A stretch of DNA of 64,000 nt from an uncultured Candidatus Rokubacteria bacterium (GCA_963747235.1 CAVVEU010000027.1:29689-93688), one strand, 5' to 3'. Numbered from the stretch's first letter, positions 13,284 through 24,608 are shown. Numbers and translations: made by a program. The notes: a model not told the origin generated them from the sequence alone.

Positions 13284-14217
13284 CTAGGCGGCCCAGCGGT
13301 GGTCGCGCAGGTACTCGACCGCGGCGAGGGCGGCGGTGGCCCCGTCGCCGGCCGAGGTCACGAGCTGGCGCGCGGACTCGGCGCGCACGTCGCCCGCGGC
13401 GAGGATGCCCGGGACCCGCGTGCGCATGCGCAGGTCGGTCACGATCTGCCCGCGCGCGTCGAGCGGCACGAGGCCGCCCAGGAACTCGGTGTTGGGCGTG
13501 AGCCCCGCGTAGATGAACACGCCGCTGGCCGCGCAGGGTGGCGGTCTTGCCGCTCGTCAGGTCCTCGACCTGCACGCGCTCGACGCCGTCCGCGCCCTCG
13601 ATCGCACGGAGCGCGGTGTTCCACCGGAAGGAGATCTTGCGCTCGCCGCGCCCCCGCTCCTGGAGGCTCGCGCAGGCGCGCAGGGTGTCGCGGCGGTGCA
13701 GCACGGTGACCGAGGAGGCGTACTGGGTGAGATGGATCGCCTCGTCCACCGCCGCGTCGCCGCCGCCCACCACGATCACCGGCTTCTCCATGAAGAAGGA
13801 GCCGTCGCAGGAGGCGCAGTGCGAGAGGCCGCGCCCCAGGAACTCCTCCTCGCCCGGGACGCCGAGCGTGGTGAAGCGCGAGCCGCTCGCGACGATCAGC
13901 GTCCGCGTCGTGTGGGCGCCACCGTCCGTCTCGACGTGCAGCAGGTCGCCGTCGCGATGCACCGCGGTGACCTCGTTCATCGCGATCTGGAGCCCGGCCG
14001 CGGTGGCCTGCTCCTGGAGCAGCGGGCCCAGGGTGTAGCCGGCCACGCCCTGGGGGAAGCCGGGGAAGTTGGTGATGTGCTCGCAGTTGAGCACCTGGCC
14101 CCCGGAGGAGAACTTCTCGAGCAGCAGCGCGCGGCGGCGATCGCGGGCGGCGAAGATGCCGGCGGTGTAGCCGGCGGCCCCGCCGCCCACGATCAGGACG
14201 TCCAGGACGTCCGCCAT
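13284..14217 (-). CDS. trxB: Thioredoxin-disulfide reductase (frameshift near 13535)
   Basis: GGGAAG, CASCDG, GGGDAA, AAGDVR. Confidence 0.85.
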
Positions 14218-14232
14218 GCGCTGGGTCGCGGC

Positions 14233-14736
14233 CTAGAGCTGCTTCAGCATCGAGTCGGCGTCGCTCACCTCGAACTTGCCGGGCGCCTCGACGTTCAGCG
14301 ACTTGACCACGCCGTTGTCCAGCAGCATCGAGTAGCGCTGCGAGCGCACCCCCATGCCGCGGGCGGTGAGATCCATCTCGAGGCCCATCGCCTTCGTGAG
14401 CGCGGCGCTGCCGTCGGCCATCATCCGGACCTTGCCGGTGCTCTTCTGATCCTTGGCCCACGCGCCCATGACGAAGGCGTCGTTGACCGACACGCACCAC
14501 ACTTCGTCGACGCCCTTGCCCTTGAGCTTGTCGATGTTGGCCACGTAGCTCGGCACGTGCTTGGCCGAGCAGGTGGGGGTGAAGGCGCCCGGCAGGCCGA
14601 AGACCACGATCTTCTTGCCCTTGGTCAGGTCGCCCACCTGGAAGGCGTTCGGGCCCACGGTGCAGCCCGGGGTCTCCTGCTCGATGAACTCCGTCAGCGT
14701 GCCATCCGGCACGCGGTCACCAACTTTGATCGCCAT
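14233..14736 (-). CDS. Peroxiredoxin, Prx5 type
   Basis: PGAFTPTCS, SVNDAFVM, RSQRYSM. Confidence 0.93.
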   Translation of the reverse strand: MAIKVGDRVPDGTLTEFIEQETPGCTVGPNAFQVGDLTKGKKIVVFGLPGAFTPTCSAKHVPSYVANIDKLKGKGVDEVWCVSVNDAFVMGAWAKDQKSTGKVRMMADGSAALTKAMGLEMDLTARGMGVRSQRYSMLLDNGVVKSLNVEAPGKFEVSDADSMLKQL

Positions 14737-14875
14737 GAGTGTCTCCTCCTCGAGGGTGGTGAGTGCGCGGCGGCCCGCTCGCGCGTTTCAGCGGGCGGCG
14801 GTTAGGGTACCACAGCCGACCCGTGGCTGTCGGGCTCGTGTCGTGCGCCGGGCGACGCCCGGCGGGGCGCGGAGC

Positions 14876-15133
14876 TCATGTAAATCCGCGTTTCCGCTGG
14901 CGATGAGCGCGCCGACTCGCCGGGCCGCGAGCATCCTTCACCCGCCGCGCGCCGGCCCCGGCGAAGAACGCAAGCAGGCGCAGCCTGATAGTCCGGGAGA
15001 TCGTGCCGCGGGCCGCGCGCAGGAGCTCGTTCCGGCGCACCCCGACGCGGGCGGCCTTCTCCTCCAGAGAGGCGCCGGGCTCGGCCACGTAGGCCTGGAC
15101 CAGGCGCGCGAGCTGGATGCTGGAGAGGGCCAT
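14876..15133 (-). CDS. Small basic hypothetical protein, possible HTH
   Basis: ORF divergent from the MucR-like gene; SLEEKAARVGVRRNELLRAA. Confidence 0.4.
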   Translation of the reverse strand: MALSSIQLARLVQAYVAEPGASLEEKAARVGVRRNELLRAARGTISRTIRLRLLAFFAGAGARRVKDARGPASRRAHRQRKRGFT

Positions 15134-15188
15134 CCCAGGCGGATGGTAGCGGCTTCAGGGCGCCTTCGGGCGGGGAATCTGCTATAAG

Positions 15189-15206
15189 TATGCTCCATGA
15201 AGCATA
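15189..15206. promoter_or_regulatory. Candidate operator TATGCT-N6-AGCATA
   Basis: Perfect 6-6-6 palindrome; related sites at 22224, 22242 and 25863. Confidence 0.55.
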
Positions 15207-15481
15207 GTGTCGAGATCGAGCCGATCCGGGCCGAGCTCGCCGAGCTGCGGCGCGACCCGCGGCGGGCGGTACGCGAGGACGAGATCGTCTGCCTGGTGTG
15301 CGGGCGGGCCTTCCGCCAGATCACGAACACGCACTTGCTCTCGCACGGCCTGACCTCGGCCGACTACAAGCGCGAGCACGGCTACAATCCGGGCCGCGCG
15401 ATGATGTGTCACGCCCTGCGCCGTGTCTACACGGCGCGCGCGGGACGTTTCGCCAGCGAGTCTCCCGCCCCCGACGTCTGA
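15197..15481 (+). CDS. MucR/Ros-family zinc-finger regulator
   Basis: IVCLVCGRAFRQITNTHLLSHGLTSADYKREHG. Confidence 0.75.
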   Translation: MKHSVEIEPIRAELAELRRDPRRAVREDEIVCLVCGRAFRQITNTHLLSHGLTSADYKREHGYNPGRAMMCHALRRVYTARAGRFASESPAPDV

Positions 15482-15536
15482 GCTCGGCCCGGCCCCGACT
15501 GGCCGACGCCTGCGCCCTTCAGTAAGATGCGCCCTG

Positions 15537-15869
15537 ATGAAGCCCAAGCTCCGGGTGTGGGTCACGTTCGGCGAGGATCTCAAGTTCGGGGACGGGCGCG
15601 CCCGTCTCCTCGCGCTGATCGACGAGCGCGGCTCGCTCAAGAAGGCGGCCCAGGAGCTCGAGATGTCCTACCGCAACGCGTGGGGCTACCTGCGCGATCT
15701 CGAGGAGGCGGCCGGCTTCAAGTTCGTCGAGCGGGTGCCGGGGGGCGGGCCCGAGAGCGGCATGCGGCTCACCAAGGCCGGCAAGCGCTTCCTGGAGCGC
15801 TACCAGAAGTTCCGGAGCGGCCTCGACGAGGCGGCCCGGAAGCAGTTCGACCGCGCCTTCGGCGCGTGA
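15537..15869 (+). CDS. ModE N-terminal-like winged-helix regulator
   Basis: FGDGRARLLALIDERGSLKKAAQELEMSYRNAWGYL; no TOBE domain. Confidence 0.88.
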   Translation: MKPKLRVWVTFGEDLKFGDGRARLLALIDERGSLKKAAQELEMSYRNAWGYLRDLEEAAGFKFVERVPGGGPESGMRLTKAGKRFLERYQKFRSGLDEAARKQFDRAFGA

Positions 15870-16211
15870 GCCCCGAGGCGAAGTATCTCTACCTGACCAC
15901 GATCGGCCGGCGTAGCGGGCTTCCGCGGCAGATCGAGATCTGGTTCACGCGCCATGCGCGGCCGCTACTACCTGGTCGCCGAGCACGGACTGAGGGCGCA
16001 CTGGGTGCGGAATCTCCTCGCGGAGCCCGCGGTGCGCGCGCGCGTCGGCCGCCGGTCCTTCCGCGGGCGCGCCCGCGTGGTGGATGCGCGGGCGGAGCGC
16101 GAGCTCGTCGCGGCCATCCGGGAGCGGTCGGAGGCCAAGTACGGCTGGGGCGCCGGCCTCGTCGTCGAGATCGCCCCGGCGGCGCGCCGCGGGCGGGCGG
16201 CGAAGCGCTAG
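15866..16211 (+). CDS. Deazaflavin-dependent nitroreductase-like protein (frameshift near 15955)
   Basis: LTTIGRRSGLPR, WVRNLLAEPAV. Confidence 0.7.
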
Positions 16212-16224
16212 CCGTGCGCCTGGA

Positions 16225-18461
16225 TCAACGCGTCGCCACCACCCGGATCAGCGCGCCGTCGGATCGGGGCGGCGTGACCTCGCCGATGATCGCGGCGGCC
16301 CCGTCGCCGGCCGCCCGCACCGCGCTCAGCATCGCCGGGCCGCGCTCCCGGGGCACCGCGAGCAGCAGGCCGCCCGAGGTCTGGGGATCGAAGAGCAGGT
16401 CGAGCGCTGCCCGTCGCGCCGCGTCCGGCTCCACGAGCATCGCGCGCCGCGCGCGGGCGTTCTCGGGGTGCGCGGTGCTCCGGATGCCGCGGCCGAGCAG
16501 CGCCACCGCGCCGGGCAGGGCAGGGATCGTGGCGAGGTCGAGCACCGCCGAGGCCTTGCTCGCCGCGCAGCATCTCGCCCAGGTGCCCGGCCAGGCCGAA
16601 GCCGGTGACGTCGGTGGCGGCGGAGGGCCGCAGCGCGAGCATCGCGCGCGCGGCCGCGCCATTGGAGCGGAGCATCGAGGCGGCGGCCGCCTCCACCCAC
16701 TCGCCGCGCGCGAGGGCGCGCATGTCGGCCTGCAGGATGACGCCGGTGCCGAGTGGCTTGGTCAGGATGAGCTGGTCGCCGGGCGCGGCGCCGCCGATGC
16801 GGATCAGCGCATCGGCCGAGGCCGCGAAGCCCCAGACCGCGAAGCCCACCACCAGCTCGGGCCCCGTGGTGGTGTGGCCGCCCACGAGCGTGACGCCGTC
16901 GGCCTCGAGCGCGGCGCGGGCGCCCGCCATCACCTGGTAGAGCGTCTCCTCCGCGCGCGCCGGCTCGGCCTCGGGCACGCTCACCTGGGCCAGGGCGAAG
17001 CGCGGCGTCACGCCCTTGGCCCAGAGATCGCTGACCGCGTTGACCGCGGCGACGCGCCCGACCAGGTAGGGATCGTCGGCGAAGGCGCGGAAGGAGTCCA
17101 CCGTGGCCGCGACGATCTCGCCGCGCTCGGTCTCCACCGCCGCGGCGTCGTCGGGCTGGGCCAGGCCCAGGACGACGGCGGGATGGCTCGGGACGCCGAG
17201 GCGCTCGAGCGCGCGGGTCAGCGAGGATTCGCCCACCTTGGCCGCGCAGCCGCCGCAGAGCATGTCCCCGCCGGGCATCGGGCCGCCGCGAAGTCCGGCG
17301 TGACGGCGCCGTCCTGATCCAGCACCTGGAAGCGGCGCACGAAGCGGCGATCGATCCAGTCCTTGAGCGCGAATACCGCGCGGCCTTCGACCGAGGCGCC
17401 CCACTTGGTGCCGATCGCCCCGCCGTCCCCCAGGTTCAGCAGGGAGAGGAAGTCGACGCTGCGGGCGATACGCGCGGAGGCGCTCGCCGCGGATGCGCGC
17501 GATCAGGTTGTGCGCGAGCACCGGGCCCTGGCGGACCGCGTACACGCCGGCCTTGGCGAGGCCGGGGCCCGTCGGTCCACGCCGCGCAGTCGCCCACCGC
17601 GAAGACGTCGTCGTGCCCCACGCACTGCAGCGTCGGGCGGATCCGGACGAAGCCGCCCTCGTCGGTCTCGAGCCCGGAGCCGTCGAAGAGCGGCAGCGCG
17701 GCGGCGCCCGCCACCCAGACCACCGCGTCGGCGGGCAGCCGCTCGCCGCCTTCCAGGTGCACCGCGCCGGCCTCGACGCGCGTCACGCGCGTGCCCGTGC
17801 GGATCGCGATCCCGCGCGCCGCGGCCGCGGCCTGGACGCGGGCCGCCGCGCTCGCCGCGTAGCCCGGCAGCACGCGGGGGCCGGACTCGAGCAGGAGCAC
17901 CTCGACGCGCCCGGCGCGCTCACCGCGGAGCCGCGCCGCGAGCGCGAAGGCCACCTCGACGCCGCCCGCGCCCGCGCCGACCACGACGAGGCGCGCGGCG
18001 TCTCGGCCCCGCGCCGCGGCCAGCAGCTCGTCCACCCGGCGGACGAACTCGCCGATGGGGCGCGTGGGGATCGCGTGCTCGGCGACGCCGCGCAGCCCGA
18101 GCCCCGCCACCGTGGAGCCCACGTCGAAGGACACGGTGTCGTAGGCGATCGGCGGCCGGGCTTCCAGGACGAGGCGCCGTGCGGTGGTGTCGAGCCCGGT
18201 GGCCGGGGCGACGATGCAGCGGGCGCCCGCGCGCAGCGCCAGCGGCCGCACGTCGATCTCGAGGGCTTCCCGCGGGTACTGGCCGGCCACGAAGCCGGGC
18301 ACCATGCCGGAGTAGACCGCGACCGGCCGATCCACCACGAGGGTGAGGCGCGCCCCGGGGACGGGCGCCATGGCCCAGCGCTTGAGCACCTGGATGTGGG
18401 CGTGGCCGCCGCCCACGAGGACCAGGTCGTGCCGGATGGGAGCCGCGGACGGCGAGCGCAT
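16225..18461 (-). CDS. selD: FAD-dependent oxidoreductase - selenophosphate synthetase fusion (several frameshifts)
   Basis: N-terminal LVLVGGGHAH and GAGAGG; C-terminal CGGCAAKVG, DDAA, GGHT, LTKPLGTG, DVTGFGLAGHL, DPQTSGGLL. Confidence 0.9.
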
Positions 18462-18481
18462 GCCCGTCCGCGGTGGAGCCG

Positions 18482-20792
18482 TCAGTGCTTGCCGTTGACC
18501 AGGGACAGCGCGATGCGCTCCGGGCTCATCGGCAGCTCGGTCAGGCGCACCCCGGTCGCGTTCTGGATGGCGTTGGCGATCGCGGCGGGCGCCGGGATGA
18601 TGGGCGGCTCGCCGACGCCGCGGGCGCCGAAGGGACCGGCGGGCGCGGGCACCTCGACGATGATGGTCTCGAGATTGGGCAGGTCCGCCGCGGTCAGCTT
18701 GCGGTAGTCGAGCAGGCTCGGATTCGTGAGCCGCCCGACGTCGTCGAAGAGCAGCCCTTCCGTCAGCGCCATGCCGATGGACTGCACGGCCCCGCCCTGC
18801 ATCTGGCCCGCGACGCCCATCGGGTTGATCGCCTTGCCCACGTCCTGCACGACCACGAAGTCCAGCAGCGTCACCTCGCCGGTGTCCGGATCGAGCTCGA
18901 GCCGCGCGAGCTGGGCCGCGAAGCCGGGGGCCTGCTGGGTGAACGCCGGGTTGGCCTTGCCGAGCACCGGCGGCGTCTTCGACATGTAGAGGTTGCCCTT
19001 CTTGCCGATGGAGGCCAGCGTGATGCCCTTGCTCGGCGCGCCGCGCACCGTGACCTTGCCGTCCACCAGCTCGAGGTCGTGCACCGAGGCCTCGAGCTCC
19101 GCCGCCGCGATCTCGAACGTCTGCCGCCGCGCGTCTTCCGCCGCCTGCAGCACCGCGGCGCCGACCGTGTAGATGGTCTTGCTGCCCGCGCTCAGCCCGG
19201 TCATCGGGCGCCACGTCGGTGTCGCCGGTGGTGATGCGCACCAGGTCGGTGTCCACGCCGTAGGCGGACGCCGCGATCTGGGCCAGCGAGATGTTGGTGC
19301 CCGCGATGTCCACCTGGCCGGTGAGCACCGCGAGCGTGCCATCGGGATTCAGTCGGACCGTCGCGCCGGTGGGCTGGAGCCCGCCGAGCCAGCCGCCGAG
19401 GGCCAGGCCCACGCCGCGGCGCTTGCCGTTCTTGCTCCCGGTGATCCACTGCTTGCGGCTCTTCCAGTGCGGGTGCTCGGCGATGCGGGCGAGCACCTGC
19501 TTGGCCCCGTTGTTCTGCCAGGGCTGGCCGTTCACCATCGGATCGCCTTCCTGGATCAGGTGGCGCATCCGGAACTCGACCGAATCGAGATCGAGATCGC
19601 GGGCGATCTGCTCCATCTGCGACTCGATCGCGAAGATGGTCTGCGGCGCCACCGGCGCGCGGTAGGCGGCCACGCTCGGCTTGTGGGTCAGCACCTCGAA
19701 GCCGCGGATGTCGAACGACGGCCACTTGTACATGCTGCCGAGGAAGACCGCGCTCACCGCGAGCACCGCGCCGGAGTACGCGCCGGAGTCGATGACGGTC
19801 TCCGCGTCGAGGGCCATGAGGGTGCCGTCGCGCTTGACGCCGGTCTTGAGCTTGATGATGACCTGCGGGGCGGGCATGCCCGCCTGCAGCTCTTCCCGCC
19901 GCGTCATGACGTAGCGCACCGGGCGCTTGGTGACCTGCGCCAGCACCGCGGTGATCGGCTCGCAGAGCGCGCGGATCTTGCCGCCGAAGCCGCCGCCGCA
20001 CTCCACCGGGATGACCCGGATCGAGTTCTCGGGGATGCCGAGCACGTCGGCCACCTCGGAGCGCGTGTTGAACGAGCCCTGGGTGCTGGCCCAGAGCGTG
20101 AGCAGCCCGTTGCGGTCCCACTCGGCCAGGACCGCGTGCGGCTCGAGGTAGCCCTGGTGCACCATCGGCACGCGGTAGGTCTTCTCGAGGATGTGATCCG
20201 ACTCCGCGAAGCCCTTGGCCGGGTCGCCGCGCTGCAGCCGGGCCTGCTGCGAGATGTTCACCGCCTTCGCGGGCGTGTCGCTCTTGGCGATGGCCACCGC
20301 GGAGTGGGCGAGCGCCTCGCTGGTGTCGGCCTCGGTGCCCGCGTCGGCCACCGGCGGCGCGCCGGGCAGCATGGCCTTGAGCGGATCGATCGAGGCGGCC
20401 AGCACCTGGTACTCGACCTTGATGAGGTCGAGCGCTTCCTCGGCGATGGACGGCTCGTCCGCGGCCACCGCGGCCACCGGCTGGCCCATGAACACCACGC
20501 GGTCGATGGCGAGCACGGCGTGGGCGCGCGTCGGCGCCTTCTTCTTGAGATGCGGGATGTCCTTGGCGGTGATGACCGCGCGCACGCCGGGCAGCGCCTT
20601 GGCCGCGCTGGTGTCGATCGAGACGATCTTGGCGTGGGCGTGCGGGCTGCGCAGCAGCTTGGCGTGCAGCAGGCCCTTGGCCTGGATGTCGGCCACGTAC
20701 TGCACGCGGCCGGTGACCTTCTCGGGGCCGTCCGGCCGCGGAATCGAGATGCCGACTCCCTTGACGTCGCGCGTGGTCTTCATCGTGCTCAT
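18482..20792 (-). CDS. Xanthine dehydrogenase-family molybdopterin-binding subunit (frameshift near 19205)
   Basis: LRSPHAHA, GGGFGGK, AYRAP, GQMQGG, GARGVGEPP. Confidence 0.92.
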
Positions 20793-21280
20793 CGAGCGCT
20801 CCTCTGCGAGGCGAGGGTGCCCGCCGCCTCGCTGATCGCGGCCACCATCGCGGTGTAGCCGGTGCAGCGGCACAGGTTGCCGGCGATGCCGTAGCGGATC
20901 TCCTCCTCGGAGGGCCGCGGGTTCTCCTCGAGCAGCGCGGTCGCCGCCATCAGCACGCCCGGGATGCAGAAGCCGCACTGGGGCACGCCGTGCCGGACGA
21001 ACGCTTCCTGCAGCGGGTGCAGGGTGGTGTCCGCGGCCGCGAGGCCCTCGATGGTGCGGACCTTGCGGCCGCGCACCTGCATCGCCAGCATCAGGCAGCT
21101 CGCCACCACCTTGCCGTCCACGTGGACGGTGCAGGCGCCGCAGTCGCCGGTGCCGCAGCCTTCCTTGGGGCCGGTGAGCCCCAGGTTCTCGCGCAGGGCA
21201 TCGAGCAGGTTGACGTAGGGCTGGACGAGCACCTCGACGGCCTCGCCGTTCACGGTGCAGCTCAGGAGCTGTTTGGCCAC
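20789..21280 (-). CDS. Molybdenum hydroxylase 2Fe-2S subunit
   Basis: GCGTGDCGACT, QCGFC, GNLCRCTGY. Confidence 0.94.
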   Translation of the reverse strand: MAKQLLSCTVNGEAVEVLVQPYVNLLDALRENLGLTGPKEGCGTGDCGACTVHVDGKVVASCLMLAMQVRGRKVRTIEGLAAADTTLHPLQEAFVRHGVPQCGFCIPGVLMAATALLEENPRPSEEEIRYGIAGNLCRCTGYTAMVAAISEAAGTLASQRSAR

Positions 21281-21297
21281 GGTGATCTGCCTCCGGA

Positions 21298-22158
21298 TCA
21301 GGCGTTCGCGCGCAGGAGCGCGGTCGTGAGCGTGCGACGGGTGAGGACGCGGACGAGGTGCTTGCGGAACTCGATGGAGCCGCGCTGGTCGTCGATGGGC
21401 CGGGCCGCCTCGATCGCCAGCGTGGCCGCGCGCTCGATGGCCTCGGGCGTCACCGCCTGGCCCTCGAGCGAGCGCTCGGCCGCGGTCGCGCGGACCGGCG
21501 TGGGCGCCACCGAGGCCAGCGCGATGCGCGCCTTGGTGCAGCGGCCGTCGGCCATGGTGAGCTGGGACGCCACCCCGACGACGGCGATGTCGAGCTCGCG
21601 CCGCGGGGTGTGCCGCAGGTACTGGCCGCCGCTGTGGGCGCCCGGCGGCGGCACGATCAGCTCGACCAGCATCTCGTTGGGCGCGACCACCGTCTTGCGG
21701 ACCCCGGTGAAGAAGTCGGCCATCGGCACGCGCCGCTCGCCGCCCGGCCCCGCGATGACCGCCAGGGCCTCGAGCGCCACCAGCGGCGGCGCCATGTCGG
21801 CCGACGGCGCGGCGTTGCAGAGGTTGCCGCCCACCGTGGCCAGGTTGCGCACCTGCAGCGAGCCGACCATGGCCGCGCTCTCCGCGATCGCGAGATAGGG
21901 CCCGCGCAGCGCCGGGCTCTGCTCGAGCTCGCGCGCGGTGACCGCGGCGCCGATGCGGAGGCCGCTGCCGTTCTGCACCTGGCGCACCCGGGCGATCCCG
22001 GAAAGGTCCACCACCAGGCCGGGATGCAGCGCGCCGTTCTTCATCTGGGGCAGGAGATCGGTGCCGCCCGCGATCAGCTTGGCCCGCCCTCCGTGCTCCG
22101 CCAGGATCTTCAGGCAGTCTTCGAGGGTGTTCGGCAGAACGAGATCGAATCGTCGCAT
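21298..22158 (-). CDS. Molybdenum hydroxylase FAD-binding subunit
   Basis: IAGGTDL, RNLATVGGNLCNA. Confidence 0.94.
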   Translation of the reverse strand: MRRFDLVLPNTLEDCLKILAEHGGRAKLIAGGTDLLPQMKNGALHPGLVVDLSGIARVRQVQNGSGLRIGAAVTARELEQSPALRGPYLAIAESAAMVGSLQVRNLATVGGNLCNAAPSADMAPPLVALEALAVIAGPGGERRVPMADFFTGVRKTVVAPNEMLVELIVPPPGAHSGGQYLRHTPRRELDIAVVGVASQLTMADGRCTKARIALASVAPTPVRATAAERSLEGQAVTPEAIERAATLAIEAARPIDDQRGSIEFRKHLVRVLTRRTLTTALLRANA

Positions 22159-22220
22159 CAGTGTCTCCTGGGGGTTGGGCGCGCGCTCGCATGATACACC
22201 GAGTCGCCCCTCCCGTCGTT

Positions 22221-22262
22221 GACTATGCTCGGTTGAGCCTGTATGCTCCCCGTCGCATAGTC
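22221..22262. promoter_or_regulatory. Tandem candidate operators between the divergent Mo-hydroxylase and tup operons
   Basis: TATGCT-CGGTTG-AGCCTG (22224) and TATGCT-CCCCGT-CGCATA (22242); outer inverted repeat GACTATGC/GCATAGTC. Confidence 0.55.
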
Positions 22263-22281
22263 ACACGATTGGATCCCTGCC

Positions 22282-22981
22282 ATGACATCGCGCCTTCTGT
22301 TCCTGACGATCCTGGTCGCCGGCTTCGCCGCCGTGGTGGATCACGTGCGCCCCGCGGGCGCCCAGCCGCGCGCGCGCTCGAGGACCAGTTCGTGGCGGAC
22401 GGGTTCGGGTCGGGGTGAATCGCCGCGACGTCATGTACAACGACTTCGTCATCCTGGGCCCCGCGGGCGATCCCGCCCGCATCCGGGGTGAGAAGAAGGC
22501 GGTCGACGCTCTGCGCAAGATCGCCGGCGCCCAGGCCCCGTTTCTCACTCGGGGGGACCGCTCCGGCACCCACGTCAAGGAAGTGGAGCTGTGGGAGGCG
22601 GCCGGGGTCAAGCCGCAGGGGGCGTGGTACGTGACGTCCGAGCGGGGCGCGGCGGGCAATGTCGCGACTACCCGGGACGCGAACACGCGCCAGGCCTACG
22701 TGCTGATGGACCGGGCGACGTATCTCACGCTCAGGAGGGAGATCACGCTCGCGGTGCTGGTGGAGCGGGATCCGGTCCTGCTGAACTACATCGCGGTGAT
22801 CCGGGTGAATCCGGCGAAGCTGCCCAGGGTGAACGCGGACGGCGCGCGGGCCTTCCAGGACTGGCTCGTGGCCGAGGAAGCGCAGCGCATCATCAAGGGC
22901 TTCGAGGTGGATCGCTACGGCGAGCCGCTCTTCTTCCCCAACTCCGACGACTGGCGCAAGCGCTCTGGAGGCTCCTCATGA
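22282..22981 (+). pseudogene. TupA-like tungstate-binding protein lacking its N-terminal TTTS segment
   Basis: Signal peptide joins directly to (A)LEDQFV..NRRDVMYNDF; RGDRSGTH is present. Confidence 0.65.
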
Positions 22982-23821
22982 TGGCTCGATTCGCCGCGCT
23001 GCTGCTGCTCGCGCTGGCCGGCCTGCTCCCGTCCGCGACGGGGCCGGCGGTCGCCCAGTCCAACGTCGTCATCGTGTCCACCACCACCAGCACCCAGGAC
23101 TCGGGGCTGCTCGACGTGCTGGTGCCCATGTTCGAGAAGCAGACCGGGCTCACCGTGAAGACCATCTCGGTCGGCACCGGGCAGGCCCTGGCCCTGGCGG
23201 CCCGCGGCGAGGCCGACGTGACGCTCGCGCACGCGCCGGGCCTCGAGAAGAAGTACGTGGACGAGGGCAAGATGACGAACCGGCGCCTCGTCATGTACAA
23301 CGACTTCATCGTCATCGGCCCGCCCGACGATCCGGCGAAGATCAAGGGGCTGCCGAAGGCGCTGGACGCGCTCAAGCGCATCGCGGAGAGCCAGTCGCGC
23401 TTCGTCTCGCGCGGCGACAAGTCGGGGACGCACGCTGCTCGAGCTGGCGCTCTGGAAGCAGGCCGGCGTCGAGCCGAAGGGCGCCTGGTACATCGAGTCC
23501 GGGCAGGGCATGGGACAGACCCTCGGCATCGCCAACGACCGGCGCGCCTACGCGCTGACCGATCGGGCCACGTTCCTCGCGTTCCAGAAGCGGGTGGACC
23601 TGCCGATCCTCGTCGAGAAGGATCGCCCGCTGCTGAACATCTACTCGGTGATGGAAGTGAACCCGGCCAATGGCCCGCGCGTCAATCCGAGGGGCGGCAA
23701 GGCCTTCGCGGACTTCATGCTGGCGCCCGAGACGCAGGCGGTGATCAAGAGCTTCGGCGTGGACAAGTACGGCCAGCCGCTCTTCGTCCCGGTGGCCGGC
23801 AAGAAGGACGAGGACCTCTAG
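22978..23821 (+). CDS. tupA: Tungstate ABC transporter substrate-binding protein (frameshift near 23437)
   Basis: STTTSTQDSGLL, VMYNDF, SRGDKSGTH. Confidence 0.9.
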
Positions 23822-23838
23822 CCGCCCGGGCGTCCACG

Positions 23839-24537
23839 GTGGGGCTCTTCGGGCAAGGCGTTCTCGAAGCGTTCCGCCTGCTGCTGGCGGGTGACGCGGA
23901 GGTCTGGCAGATCACCTGGCTGTCGCTGCAGGTCTCCGCGGGCGCGACCGCGCTCTCGCTGCTGGTCGGCATCCCGCTGGGCGCGCTGCTCGCGCTCGCG
24001 CGCTTCCCCGGCCGGGCGCTCGTGGTCAGCCTCGTGAACACCGGCATGGGACTCCCGCCGGTGGTGGTGGGCCTGTTCGTGACGATCCTCCTCTGGCGCA
24101 ACGGCGCGCTCGGCTTTCTCGAGCTGCTCTACACGCCGTCGGCGATGGTGACCGGCCAGTTCGTGATCGCGGCCCCCATCGTCACCGGGCTCACCCTGGC
24201 CGCGGTGCAGCAGGTGCCGGAGACCTTCCGGCTGCAGATGCTGGGGCTCGGCGCCTCGCGCGCGCAGATGCTCTGGGTGCTGCTCAAGGAAGCGCGCCTG
24301 CCGATGCTGGCCGCGGTGATGGCGGGCTTCGGCGGCGTGATCTCCGAGGTGGGCGCCTCCATGATGCTGGGCGGCAATATCCGCGGCTCCACGCGCGTGC
24401 TCACCACCGCCACCGTGCTCGAGACCGGCAAGGGCAACTTCGACGTCGCCATCGCGCTCTCGGTGATCCTGCTGCTGATCACCTTCCTGGTGAACTGGGC
24501 GCTGAGCTTCATCCAGCAGCGCCGCCGCGCGGCTGAC
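23839..24537 (+). CDS. tupB: Tungstate ABC transporter permease (3' end uncertain)
   Basis: NTGMGLPPVVVGL, ISEVGASMMLGGNI, TRVLTTA. Confidence 0.88.
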
Positions 24538-24608
24538 GGCGGCCACGGTCGAGCAGGCACCGCCAAACCGTTTGATCGGCGGTTTCTCTTGCAGGCAGAA
24601 TCGCGCCG

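Noticed and set aside
13048-14217. Apparent TrxB-TusA fusion
   Set aside because: Frameshift near 13535; the TrxB C-terminus ends at 13284 in another frame
17230-17270. Possible Sec in SelD
   Set aside because: The motif reads CGGCAAK with Cys codons and no TGA
17436-20978. Apparent 1180-aa Mo-subunit/oxidoreductase fusion
   Set aside because: A frameshift near 19205 joins two separate genes
18482-22158. Aerobic CO dehydrogenase (coxMSL)
   Set aside because: The large subunit lacks the AYxCSFR and AYRGAGR motifs
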